Source of the DNA: Candidatus Latescibacterota bacterium
GTDB taxonomy: Bacteria; Latescibacterota; UBA2968
Length of the DNA: 64,000 bases
Assembly: GCA_965222605.1 (NCBI GenBank)
Contig: OZ244960.1
Span: 5,408,001-5,472,000 of the forward strand
Direction: 5' to 3'
Shown: piece after piece, positions 38,528-50,957 of the stretch
Layout of the letters: every line of letters begins with the position of its first letter
How positions within the stretch are numbered: position 1 is the stretch's first letter
The notes under the pieces: generated by a model
Database searches by the model: none
Seen by the model: the letters and a program-made list of their open reading frames with translations, nothing else
Told to the model about the DNA's origin: nothing
Position numbers and translations under genes: made by a program

Positions 38528-39802
38528 TCAGCTCGTCTTCAATTCATCAACATTATCCCGCAATTTTTGGAACGCTTCGAGAATGAGGTCCATGTTTTCG
38601 CGCGGTCCGAGAAGAATGCGGTGCGTGAGATCAAGGGCTTCGGTTTCGTGAATGCGCTCGGCTTCGGGACAATAGACTTTGGTGTAGTCGATGGGATCAG
38701 CCTGGTACAACGGGCAGCGGATTGGACAGCCTGTTTCGCCCCATTTGCCGCTGGCAAACATGCTAAATTGATAGAGGGGCTTTGTCGGGCCAATGCCACA
38801 GGGCACGCCTTCGGCCTGGAGCGCTTTGCGGAATCGGTCGCGGTGGATGCCTTCAAATTCTTCGGAGATAAATTTGAAGTGCCAGCGATAGGGGTTCCAG
38901 CGGGTGACGCGCTCGTCAATGTCGAGACCAGTGAGTCCGGGAATAGATTCCATTCCTTTGTGGAAATACTTGAGATTTTTCCACCGAATTTCTGCCTGTT
39001 CTTCGAGGCGGGTGAGTGCGATCAGGCCGATGGCCGCTTCAAATTCGCCCAGTCTTAAGGTTGTGGCAGGCCAGGTGAAGTTCAGACTTTCTTCGCCTCT
39101 GTCTCGGCCTGCGTGATGATACCGAAAGGCTTTTTCGTACAGGCTTTCGTCTTTGGTCATCACCACGCCGCCTTCGCCTATGGCGAGTACCTTGCCGGGC
39201 ATGCAGGAGAAACCAGCAATGTCGGCGTGAGATCCCACGCCTTTGCCTCTCCATTGCCCGCCGTGCGCATGAGAACAGTCACTGACCAGGCCGATGTTGT
39301 GTTTGCGGCAGATGTCACCTAAAGCATCTGTATCGCAGGGCATGCCGCCCATATCTACGGCAACCACTGCCCGAGTGCGCGGCGTGATGAGGGCTTCTAC
39401 GCTTTTGGGATCGATGGTGTAGTTGCGCGGGTCGATGTCGGCAAAGATGGGAATGCCATTGCAAATCATGACGCAGGAAGCAGACGCAATGTAAGTTGAC
39501 GCAGGGACAATGACTTCACAGCCAGCTTCGACGCCGAGGGCTCGCAAGCAGGTTTCGAGTGCTGTGGTGCCTGTGGAGACAGCAAGGGCGTATTTGCTGT
39601 CGTGAAATTCTGCAAAGGCCTGTTCAAATGCGTAGAGTTTGCTGTCGCCATGGTTGTAATAGTCAAAGCCACTGCGCCCCCATTTGTGACTGCGAAGGAC
39701 GTCGATAACAGCTTTTTCTTCGCGTTCATCGTGAACCGGCCAGGGTTGGCGCAGGTCTTTAGTAACCGTTTTTGAACCACCGTTGATTGCGAGTTTAGGC
39801 AT
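38528..39802 (-). CDS. DegT/DnrJ/EryC1/StrS aminotransferase
   Basis: STGTTAL, EVIVPASTYIAS, DCSHAHG, FSCMPGK, GEGG. Confidence 0.92.
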   Translation of the reverse strand: MPKLAINGGSKTVTKDLRQPWPVHDEREEKAVIDVLRSHKWGRSGFDYYNHGDSKLYAFEQAFAEFHDSKYALAVSTGTTALETCLRALGVEAGCEVIVPASTYIASASCVMICNGIPIFADIDPRNYTIDPKSVEALITPRTRAVVAVDMGGMPCDTDALGDICRKHNIGLVSDCSHAHGGQWRGKGVGSHADIAGFSCMPGKVLAIGEGGVVMTKDESLYEKAFRYHHAGRDRGEESLNFTWPATTLRLGEFEAAIGLIALTRLEEQAEIRWKNLKYFHKGMESIPGLTGLDIDERVTRWNPYRWHFKFISEEFEGIHRDRFRKALQAEGVPCGIGPTKPLYQFSMFASGKWGETGCPIRCPLYQADPIDYTKVYCPEAERIHETEALDLTHRILLGPRENMDLILEAFQKLRDNVDELKTS

Positions 39803-39840
39803 TGAAGCGCTCCTTGCGGGATGAATATTTGCAGGTTTTT

Positions 39841-41058
39841 TTATTGATCGTGCAGTTTTGTGAGTAAGGTTTGTGTTTCGTCAATCCAGCGTTCACCTGT
39901 GCCGGGAACAACGCAGGCGCGGTTGTATTCGAGTGGGTCGTTTGGGTAGGGGGTAACGCCGTAGCCACCGAAGTTATACGCGCGGCGATTTGGTACATAG
40001 CCACATGAACCTTGGGAATAGCCCATGACAATCGTGCGCGCAAAGGGCGATGACGATTGGGTGGATAGAGATAGCTCGATGAAGGGTTCACCCTGCCAGA
40101 AGACGAGTGCCAGGTCGTCGCTTATGCGGATGGTGGGGATTTCGATTCGGATGGTTTTTTCGTTTGTGTATCGGTTGGGAAGTGTGTCTTGCCAGCGCTC
40201 TACTTTAAGTGAAAGATTTGTTTCTGGCGTTGCTTGTATCCAGGCAACGATGGCTTCTCTGGCGAGCGCTTTGCCCATTTCTTCGACCGTATCATAATTG
40301 TCTCTGGGTTCCTGAATCGGAAGTATGTTGCCACATGCCCCTTGTAGAAATATTGAGAAAGGTACAGGTGTGCCTGCTTCAAAGTGGTGACGGGTTGCGC
40401 CGGGATATTCGGCGGTGAAGAGACGATTAGCGGTCATCATGATGACGGGATGAGCGGTAAAGTGGATTGCGGTCGTGATGGGTTGGCCATTGGGTGTGTC
40501 GAATCGCAGGACAGTGACTGCAGGGTCAACAGGGCCGTTGGGCAGTTTTTCAGGATTGCGGTTAAACGATTTAAAGCTTCCGTCGGGCAATATCTGGCGT
40601 CTGTTGTAGGCGAGGTCGGTGTTGACAGAGCCTGTTGAGAGTGTGGCGGGTTTAAGATTGGTTATAGACTCGACAGCAGCATCGACAACCTGCTTTCTTA
40701 TGTGAACAATCGCATCATCTTCGGGGCTCCCGCCAAAGTAATAGATGCATTCTGGGCCACTGTGATTGTGGGTGCCACACAGGATCAGGTTTTCGGGTGG
40801 AAGATCGGATTGTGCGGCAAAAGCATTGCGCATGGCATCCACGTCGATCCACTGAAAGCTCAGGAGATCTGCCGAGCAAATGACGATAGTGGTCGTATCG
40901 TCAGATAGTGCCAGCGCTTTGACGTATAATGGGTCATGGATACCTTCTGCAATGCGAGGTTGCATGGGCGAGCGGTTTACAGGAAAAGCACCCATAGCCG
41001 ATCCTGTAGATGGTGTGATGTCTCGTTGTGCTGTACCAATCTTTATTATATCTGCCAA
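39841..41058 (-). CDS. Neutral/alkaline ceramidase N-terminal-like hydrolase
   Basis: DITP, HDPLYVKAL, THNHSGP, NRR, HP, QGACGN, GEPF, GYVP. Confidence 0.8.
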   Translation of the reverse strand: MADIIKIGTAQRDITPSTGSAMGAFPVNRSPMQPRIAEGIHDPLYVKALALSDDTTTIVICSADLLSFQWIDVDAMRNAFAAQSDLPPENLILCGTHNHSGPECIYYFGGSPEDDAIVHIRKQVVDAAVESITNLKPATLSTGSVNTDLAYNRRQILPDGSFKSFNRNPEKLPNGPVDPAVTVLRFDTPNGQPITTAIHFTAHPVIMMTANRLFTAEYPGATRHHFEAGTPVPFSIFLQGACGNILPIQEPRDNYDTVEEMGKALAREAIVAWIQATPETNLSLKVERWQDTLPNRYTNEKTIRIEIPTIRISDDLALVFWQGEPFIELSLSTQSSSPFARTIVMGYSQGSCGYVPNRRAYNFGGYGVTPYPNDPLEYNRACVVPGTGERWIDETQTLLTKLHDQ

Positions 41059-41118
41059 GGCTCAGATCTCCTGTGCGGGCATAGGGGTCACTTCATCTTT
41101 CTCCTATTGAAACTCTAT

Positions 41119-42528
41119 TTAAAGCGTCATCACATTCCACTGTTGTGTCGGATAATCCACCCACTGTTTTGATCCGCGCTCAAACGCCTTCCGATACTCA
41201 GCCATTGCGCCTGCTTGTAGTTCTGTAATTCGCGGTGAATGTGCCGGGTCATTTGCCAAATTCACAAACTCATACGGGTCTTCAGCAATGTGATAAAGCT
41301 CTGGTCCATAAGGTCCATGAATATATTTCCACTCCTGCGTGCGAATGCTCAGGTTCAAATCTCGCTGACGCTGTAACTCCGTAATCGCCACCTCACGTTC
41401 AAGTTCACGACCATCAACCAGCGACTTCAAACTCATGCCAGGTAAATGCACAGGAATATCCATCCCCGCAAAATCGAACGCTGTAGGTAGTACATCCAAC
41501 AGATTCACAAGTGAATCGCTCACCAAACCCGTTTGAAATTCCTTTGGCGGTTTCACAATGAATGGAATGCGAATGGCCTGTTCGTAGAGATTGTATTTCG
41601 AAAATGCGGTTACCCCTCGCGATCCCAACAGTTCACCGTGGTCAGAAAGAAAAATGATCAGCGTGTCATCGTACAATCCATTGCGATCCAAAGCGTCTAT
41701 CACTTGCTGATGACACCGGTCGCAGGCCGTGACAAAAGCCATGTAATTTGCAATCGCATCTCGTAGTTCTTCTCGCTCTAATCCGACAAAATTGGGATAA
41801 GCATCCCGATCGGGTAAATTATCCGGCGGTTCAGGTGGTAACGCAACGTCAGCAGGGTCATATAAATCTGCCAAATTAGCTGGCGTTACATGAGGTGCAT
41901 GAGGCCCTGACAAACTGCAAATCATGAAAAACGGATTGTCCTTGTTCTCTTCCACAAAGGCAGCAGCCTGTCCGCCAACCCACCAGTCGCGCGTTTGCGC
42001 TAACCTCAAGCTTGTCGTAAACCCCTTAAATGCCGCCGCACAATTGTCTCCACCCTGACTAATCCCACGCGCTTCCCGCTCGCCCATCACCGTCTCCACC
42101 CAATCCCGATGCTCCGCCACAAAATGGCTGTCCATGCGCTCGCCCGTCTCGTGAAACGGCCCTGCCCGATGATCAAATCCGTAATAGTTGTTGCGTTCAA
42201 CAGCCGCCTGATACGGCATTGTATGCATCTTGCCAAAGGCACCCGTTACAAAACCTGCCTGCCCAAACGCCTTTCCCATTGTCCACTCGGGGATTTGTGC
42301 AGGATCTAATAAATGCCGATTGGAATAAATCCCAGACTGAAACGCATATCGCCCGTGCAACATCGAATGGCGACTCGGCAAACACGGCGACACAGCACAC
42401 GTTGCCTGCGTAAACCGAATGCCCTCCTGAGCCAAACGATCATACGTTGGTGTTTGCAACCCCGGATAACCCGCACACCCGAGAAAGGAATGCGCGTGCT
42501 GATCGGTCATTAAAATCACAACATTCAT
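41119..42528 (-). CDS. Sulfatase (choline-sulfatase-like)
   Basis: TDQH, CLPSR, GKMH, PHAP, SDHGE, K.NLYE; all motifs intact. Confidence 0.92.
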   Translation of the reverse strand: MNVVILMTDQHAHSFLGCAGYPGLQTPTYDRLAQEGIRFTQATCAVSPCLPSRHSMLHGRYAFQSGIYSNRHLLDPAQIPEWTMGKAFGQAGFVTGAFGKMHTMPYQAAVERNNYYGFDHRAGPFHETGERMDSHFVAEHRDWVETVMGEREARGISQGGDNCAAAFKGFTTSLRLAQTRDWWVGGQAAAFVEENKDNPFFMICSLSGPHAPHVTPANLADLYDPADVALPPEPPDNLPDRDAYPNFVGLEREELRDAIANYMAFVTACDRCHQQVIDALDRNGLYDDTLIIFLSDHGELLGSRGVTAFSKYNLYEQAIRIPFIVKPPKEFQTGLVSDSLVNLLDVLPTAFDFAGMDIPVHLPGMSLKSLVDGRELEREVAITELQRQRDLNLSIRTQEWKYIHGPYGPELYHIAEDPYEFVNLANDPAHSPRITELQAGAMAEYRKAFERGSKQWVDYPTQQWNVMTL

Positions 42529-42553
42529 AACTATTCTCCAGAAAGTCGAGCGA

Positions 42554-43198
42554 TCAGTAAATATATCGCACCCGCCTGAACTCACCGAGCATCGGATCCT
42601 TCACGCGTTCCATGTGATCTTGCATACATTGCATCAGCGATTCCTGCAGCGCCTCGTGTGTCTCGAGACCGTAGAGGTTGTGCAATTCGTGCGGATCGTT
42701 TTCGAGATCATAGAGCTCTCCAAGATCCGATTGATTAAACACAAACTTGTGCGTCCTGGTGCGCACCATACGAGACTTGTGCTCCTGAATCTGACCGTTG
42801 AACTGACAATACACGCTGTCGCGACCCGTTGGTTCATCCTCCCCCTTCAACAGCGAAAGAATGCTCTGCGTGTCGGGTACAATATCAGGTGTTAGACCTG
42901 CGACTTCCAAAAAACTCGGAAACAGATCCTGCAGATAGACAAATTCGTCGTTCTCTCGGCCTGGCTGTTGGCATTCGGGATGCGCTGCAATCAGAGGCAG
43001 GCGAAAACTCTCCTCATCAAAAAAAGGTCCTTTTTCAAACAGCTTGTGTGCCCCCATATTGTCTCCGTGATCTGTGGAAAATACAACAAGCGTGTTTTCC
43101 GCCAGGCCGAGCGTTTCCAACTCAGAAAGCATACGCCCCACCAGATCCCAGTGCTGTTGATCCGTAAGAATGAGCAGAATATTCGGTTTTTCTTGCAT
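42554..43198 (-). pseudogene. Sulfatase with large in-frame internal deletion
   Basis: MQEKPNILLILTDQQHWD joins directly to LVGRMLSELE...STDHGD; the CxPxR region is missing. Confidence 0.8.
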
Positions 43199-43234
43199 AC
43201 TCGCGTCCTCTTCAAAAACAGGAATCAGATTTCC

Positions 43235-43507
43235 CTAACTCGCCATCGCCAGTACTTGATCTTCATTAATCAGGAATTCTTTCGGTAAATCGAGGGGGTG
43301 GCCATTTTCACACACGGGCAAATAATCCAGATATTGATTTTTTGGCCTGATCGCCCGCATCCAGGGCACATCGCGTTTGGCGATAAACCGAACGCGCTCT
43401 TTGATCACGGGGATATCGTCCTGGTTCAACAATCCCTGAAAGATGAAATATCCCTTGTCCAGCACTTCCTGTTTCCAATTCTTATCGCGTATCTCGTCTC
43501 TTTTCAT
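43235..43507 (-). pseudogene. PhyH-like fragment
   Basis: DKGYFIFQGLLNQDDI start; far too short and lacks HxD. Confidence 0.4.
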
Positions 43508-43538
43508 AGCAGGGTTCCTTTGTTAAGGGCCTAATCCG

Positions 43539-44567
43539 CTATATGTTCTCCATAGCCTGACGGCGGCGGCGGCGAGCAAGTTCGCGCAGATCCACAACCT
43601 CATCTGTCTCATCCACAATTTCACGTCCAATTATCTCTTCAAGCACGTCTTCCAGGGTCACCACGCCAGCCAATCCACCGTATTCATCAATCACGACAAA
43701 CAGATGTTGCCTGCGCTCAAGAAACATGTGCAACACCCGATCCAACGTCAGCGTTTCCACCACAAAGTGCGCGCCTCGCGAAAGATTTTGAATGGGAATA
43801 TCTTCGCGACCTTCGGCAGCCGATGACAAAATATCCCGACGGTACACGATCCCAACAACATCTTCTGCATCTTCATCTACTATGGGAATGCGATTATATG
43901 ATGGAACACCAATTTGTAACACCTCACTTACTTTTTGCTGGGCTTGAAGCGAATAAATGACCGTGCGCGGTGTCATTATTTCCTGCACTGTTTTCTCTTT
44001 TAACAATAGAATATTTTGAATGGCACTGCCTTCTTCTGCATCAATGGTTCCCGCCTGTCGCCCTATATTTACCAATGCTATGAGTTCCTCTGAAGATACG
44101 ACATGTTCGACTTTTCCAGGAGATATTAGCTGTGTCACTAATTGGCACAGCCAGATAAGCGGTGCTTGTATCCAGATCAAGAACTGGATGGGATAGGCAA
44201 TCAAGGATACAAGATGCCGGGCATAAACCACGCCAATCGTCTTTGGAATAATCTCAGAACATAAAAGAATAATCAGGGTAAATACCACTGAAAAATGCGG
44301 CAACCACGGCTCACCCAGAACTTCTGCCGCTGCCGCTCCAGCAAGGGCGGCTCCACCTGTATGCGCAATTGTGTTAAGTGATAGAATACCCGCAATGGGC
44401 ACATCTACATTTTCTCTAAACTTTTTCAATAACCGGCCAGAAACACTGCCAGTTTTCGCCAGCGATTCGATATGACCAATAGGAACTGAATACAATGCCG
44501 CTTCAAAAAGTGAACACATAAAAGAAAAGAAAACGGCAAAGCTCATAAAAAAGATCAATTCAAACAT
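43539..44567 (-). CDS. CNNM/DUF21 plus CBS domain (CorB/hemolysin-like) protein
   Basis: CSLFEAAL, ILSLNTIAHT, SEIIPKTIG, IMTPR, DEYGGLAGVVTLEDVLEEIIG. Confidence 0.92.
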   Translation of the reverse strand: MFELIFFMSFAVFFSFMCSLFEAALYSVPIGHIESLAKTGSVSGRLLKKFRENVDVPIAGILSLNTIAHTGGAALAGAAAAEVLGEPWLPHFSVVFTLIILLCSEIIPKTIGVVYARHLVSLIAYPIQFLIWIQAPLIWLCQLVTQLISPGKVEHVVSSEELIALVNIGRQAGTIDAEEGSAIQNILLLKEKTVQEIMTPRTVIYSLQAQQKVSEVLQIGVPSYNRIPIVDEDAEDVVGIVYRRDILSSAAEGREDIPIQNLSRGAHFVVETLTLDRVLHMFLERRQHLFVVIDEYGGLAGVVTLEDVLEEIIGREIVDETDEVVDLRELARRRRRQAMENI

Positions 44568-44769
44568 CTGATTACTCCTCTCTATAATCTGTAAGGTTCG
44601 AATCGACTTCGGTTTGGTTGCTCTCGTTACAATATAGCTTCCGATACTGGTTATTTCCAGCGTATTTTTTTTATGCCCAAGAACATTAGAAAGGGTAGGA
44701 ATTGATCACATGGGCCAATACGATGCGAAATTGAATTACCCAAGCTAAATTCCCCTTGCTTGAGAATGA

Positions 44770-46992
<2,223 letters not shown>

Positions 46993-47004
46993 TCTCAGTG
47001 GATA

Positions 47005-48846
47005 TCATCGGTCACTCGGTTCGTCGCCGGAGACCAGATTCACGAGATCGCCCGGTCGAAGGGTCAGATCCGGGGAGATGTGGAGCGCATCCCCTATTGG
47101 GTCAGGGTCTGCTTCGGTGTACGGGAAGCCGATGGCTGGCAGGTCGGGATGTTCTGCCCTGATCTGGACCGGGTCCCCAGAGAGATCCTGCGAGAGCGAC
47201 CAATGGGAAAGGGACTCCGCGAAGGCAGCGAAACTCCCATCCGGTTCCTGAACATCTACGAGGACGATACAGTCGAGGGGATGATCACCACGCTGTAATG
47301 ACTCTCCTCCGTAGAGTCGAAGGTGCAACCTCAACTCGGTGTCCTCGCCATAGGCCAGACGTGCGTGGCCCTGCCGGGCTTCGCCATCCTCAGTCAGAAG
47401 CAGAGGTACGATCCCATAGTAGAGATCGCCGTAGGAGACGGCGACCGACTGACCCGGCTGGAGTTGTATGTCACCGCCACCCCAGTCCACGTTGCCGATG
47501 CGCACTTCCCGGATGGCGTCCCGCAGGCCGAACAGCACGCGGGGTTCGCAGTAGAACGTCGGGTCGTTCAGGAATCGTTCCTCTTCGTCTTCCGGTCTTT
47601 CGTAGTGGAGGCACCCCACGACGCGAGCGCCTTCCTGGCGAGACGTGAATGTCGCGCACGGCATATGCAGGAACGATTCGTCTGGGATGAGGGGGACGCT
47701 GACGCGCTCCTCGGTCTTGTTGCGGACGAGCAGGATGTAGGATGGTGGGGAGTGGCCGCCCACGGTTTGCAGACACTGGGAGGCCAGGCTCCAGTTGGGG
47801 GTCAGGAAGTGCGTTCGTCGCGAGCTAAGTGAAACGCCGCGATCGTGGATTTCGCTGATGCCTGCCTTTTCTTGAGCGAGGGTGCGGACGGCATCGGGAG
47901 GCACGTAATCAAACACAGTGTGTCTGATAAAGATCTCATTATTTAAAGCCCCCACGTAGATGTTGCCCGCGTCGGGTGGACACGGGGTGCCGAATTTGAT
48001 GTGGCCGTAAAACGCCGAGGCCGTGCTCGTGCCGTGTAGCGCGTCATTTTGATACGCCCGGGAAGGCGACCCTGCCAGGAATCCGTTGGGCAACATATTG
48101 AGTGCAAGCTGATAGGTGATGAGATCCATCGTCCGTTTTAGCTGATCGCGGAACTGGCTATCTCGCGCGTAGTTCCATGCCGCTTCCAGGCCGTGGAGGG
48201 TGACCGGGGTGTACCCCGGGCTGTTGAATTCGTGGAACCCGTCCTCCGAAGTGCCTCTGACCCAGACGTCGAAGGCTTCGGCTGCCTCGGCTTCGATTGA
48301 GGCATCGTTGAGGGCGTGCGAGAGGGCGACCCGGCCACCAATATTCAAGGAATATATGTTGGAGTACTGCCACCTCGCGGTGTGGTTGCGGATGCCCTCT
48401 ACGACATTCGGAAACGCGGCCTCCATTGCGTTCTTCGTCTCGGGTGTCAGCTTGTCCTGGAAGTCGAGATAGGCGTAAACGAGCGGAATGGTGATAAATG
48501 AAACCGCGTTTCGATCCTTGACGCGGTCCCAGTGCGTCATCCAGAAGAAATTGCCGAAGGTCTCGGAGCCCGGTTCGAGGTCCTGGCCCTCGAGTACGCT
48601 GTGGATGATGCGATTGGCCTCACCGGCGTCATCCGTGCCGTATGTCCGGTCGTCCGATAAAAGGAGCAGTACGGCGTACCAAATCGAAGCCGTACGCGTG
48701 TGTCCTGTGAAGCGGGGAAAGAACGGATCGAAGTTCCGAAGAAGGGCGACGTCCGGATCGTAGTTCTGGGCGTCTTTCTTGCGGAATCGGTCGCGCAGAA
48801 ACGCAACACGGGCGCGTTGCTCGCGAAGGATGGGATCGATGTTCAT
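47005..48846 (-). CDS. Hypothetical protein (possible alpha/alpha-toroid, lyase-like)
   Basis: 614-aa ORF with AGGAG RBS; DRNAVSF, YSNI, EFNSPGY, SRAY motifs. Confidence 0.65.
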   Translation of the reverse strand: MNIDPILREQRARVAFLRDRFRKKDAQNYDPDVALLRNFDPFFPRFTGHTRTASIWYAVLLLLSDDRTYGTDDAGEANRIIHSVLEGQDLEPGSETFGNFFWMTHWDRVKDRNAVSFITIPLVYAYLDFQDKLTPETKNAMEAAFPNVVEGIRNHTARWQYSNIYSLNIGGRVALSHALNDASIEAEAAEAFDVWVRGTSEDGFHEFNSPGYTPVTLHGLEAAWNYARDSQFRDQLKRTMDLITYQLALNMLPNGFLAGSPSRAYQNDALHGTSTASAFYGHIKFGTPCPPDAGNIYVGALNNEIFIRHTVFDYVPPDAVRTLAQEKAGISEIHDRGVSLSSRRTHFLTPNWSLASQCLQTVGGHSPPSYILLVRNKTEERVSVPLIPDESFLHMPCATFTSRQEGARVVGCLHYERPEDEEERFLNDPTFYCEPRVLFGLRDAIREVRIGNVDWGGGDIQLQPGQSVAVSYGDLYYGIVPLLLTEDGEARQGHARLAYGEDTELRLHLRLYGGESLQRGDHPLDCIVLVDVQEPDGSFAAFAESLSHWSLSQDLSGDPVQIRAEHPDLPAIGFPYTEADPDPIGDALHISPDLTLRPGDLVNLVSGDEPSDR

Positions 48847-49016
48847 CGGAGACTCCTTTGAGCGAGGGTGGGTAGGCTTGACGCTTCCATTCAACCGAAC
48901 TCAAGAATATATGAGAGCGTTAATTTAGCCGATTTTCTGGCTTTTGTGTCAAGATATGATATTAATGGATTAAGATAATCATATCAAAATTATTAACCTT
49001 ATGAGAAATTGACGCG

Positions 49017-49340
49017 ATGAGTGAACAACAACTTTTTCAGGAACGAGTAGTCAAGGTCTGTCAGAGTGTCACTGTTGGCAGGGCGGTCACGGAGCCCGTC
49101 TCCCTCTGGCTGATCAGGCAGTATATGCAGACCCGGGATTTACACCTGGGGCATCCGCCGGGCTTTAGAGTGCTGGACCCGGACGATGGCAAAAGCAAAG
49201 TTGGAGGTTGGCACTCTGATATTCCCTATACGTCGTCGACCGGTGGGGGAGACATTGCCGATCGGAAGGGACCCATCAAGGCGGTGCAGCGCAATGTTTG
49301 CGTGTCCGACTTCACCAAGATTCGCGGTGCGACTTTATAA
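49017..49340 (+). pseudogene. PhyH-like internal fragment
   Basis: GGWHSDIPY...AVQRNVCVSDFTK..GAT; truncated. Confidence 0.55.
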
Positions 49341-49427
49341 CGAACTGAATGCCAGGGAACAGCGGGAAATAACGGACCTTCTAACCAATCAGCCAGCAAT
49401 CGCTGGCTAATAACCTGAGGACACACC

Positions 49428-50261
49428 ATGCAAGTAGGAATTATGTCAGGTCACATCGCTCGGCCGACCCTGGAGGAAACGCTCGACGCCATACTTGGGC
49501 ACGACATCAGGCATCTTCAATTCAATTTGGAATCCCTAAATGTGCAGGGTTCGCTATCTGATAAACTCGCAAAGGCACCTGCGGTTCGGGCAGAGACCGA
49601 AAAGCGCGGCATGGTCATCGCGGCGCTGGGTGGTCCTGTCAATATGGTTCACCCCGATGAAGAAAAACGTCAGGAAGCTATCGAGTATCTGAAATCGCTC
49701 ATCTCGGCGTGTGACCCGATGGGTACCTCGGTGATTGCCACCTGTACCGGATCGCGCGATTCGGAGAGCATGTGGCGTAAACACCCGGATAACGAAACAG
49801 AAGAAGCCTGGCAGGTGTTACACAATACCCTGGAACAGGTACTGCCGGTTGCCGAAGCGGCCGGCGTCACCATTGCGTTCGAACCGGAAGTCAACAACGT
49901 CGCCAATACGGCGAAAAAGAGCCGGCGTCTGATTGACGAGATGGGTTCGGCAAATCTTAAAGTGGTCATAGACGCAGCAAATCTCTTTGGTGAGGGCGAA
50001 TTGCCGCGCATGACCGAAATTCTTGACGAGGCCTTTGAGTTGCTGGGTGATCATATCGCCATTGCCCATGGCAAAGATCTGGATCGGGACGGTGATGCAG
50101 GCCATCTCGCCGCTGGTACCGGCAAGCTCGATTACGCCCATTATGTATCGTTACTCTGTGGGCTACCCTTCGACGTGCCGGTCATTCTGCATAGCCTTTC
50201 CGAAGATCAGGTGGATGAAAGTGTTGCGATGCTCCGGCGTCACGCTGCAGCATACCAGTAA
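49428..50261 (+). CDS. Sugar phosphate isomerase/epimerase (xylose isomerase-like TIM barrel)
   Basis: AFEPE, DAANL, HGKD, AGTGKLDY. Confidence 0.88.
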   Translation: MQVGIMSGHIARPTLEETLDAILGHDIRHLQFNLESLNVQGSLSDKLAKAPAVRAETEKRGMVIAALGGPVNMVHPDEEKRQEAIEYLKSLISACDPMGTSVIATCTGSRDSESMWRKHPDNETEEAWQVLHNTLEQVLPVAEAAGVTIAFEPEVNNVANTAKKSRRLIDEMGSANLKVVIDAANLFGEGELPRMTEILDEAFELLGDHIAIAHGKDLDRDGDAGHLAAGTGKLDYAHYVSLLCGLPFDVPVILHSLSEDQVDESVAMLRRHAAAYQ

Positions 50262-50273
50262 GGAATTAACGAC

Positions 50274-50854
50274 ATGAAAGCCAAAAGTACCGGTCGGATC
50301 CCAGGAGTATCCATGAAGACTGGGCGCATGCAATGATCGATTTTCAGAACGGTACCGTGGGTATCTACGAGACGTCGCGCCTTGGTGAGGCACAAAAATA
50401 CTGTCAGATAACGGGGACCCTTGGCAGTATTCTCGATACCGACTATTTCGGCCCGGAGATCCCCCTGCGTTTGCGCATCGGCGAGGAGATGCAGGACATT
50501 CCTGTCGAAACCGAACGTCGTCAAATTGATGGCGTGGATGTGCTGCAGCGGATCGTCGCGCACACGGACCCTGAGACCGTCTATGAGAATCCGTTTCGCG
50601 ACTATGCCATCGACGATTGGTGTATCGGTCACGCTTCCGAGATTATGAGCATCGCCAATGCGGCGCTCAATGATGAACCGGCAGAATATGGCGTGGAAGG
50701 ACGCAAGGATGTTGAGATGGCCATGGCGATTTACGAGTCTTCTCTGAACAATATGGCTCCGGTGAAACTGCCGATTGAGGGACTGACCACCTACGAGCAG
50801 ATGCTGCATGAGGATTACCTCGAAAAGTTTGGCCAGCCCATCGATCAGTTTTAG
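50274..50854 (+). pseudogene. Gfo/Idh/MocA oxidoreductase C-terminal remnant
   Basis: EDWAHAMIDFQNGTVG...GRKDVEMAMAIYESS..PVKLP; no NAD-binding domain; AAGGA RBS and ATG at 50274 are out of frame with the remnant. Confidence 0.7.
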
Positions 50855-50957
50855 CAGGTAATTCACCCCGAAACACACATAAACCCGAACTTCGCGACCG
50901 GGCAAAGTCAGAGATGAGGTTCACAAACACATTCGTTAGATGGGAGGAGGAAAACCC

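Noticed and set aside
35090-41058. Biosynthetic cluster (decarboxylase, PhyH, DegT aminotransferase, hydrolase)
   Set aside because: The genes are separated by unrelated fragments and differ in composition, so the adjacency looks like mosaic assembly rather than a pathway.
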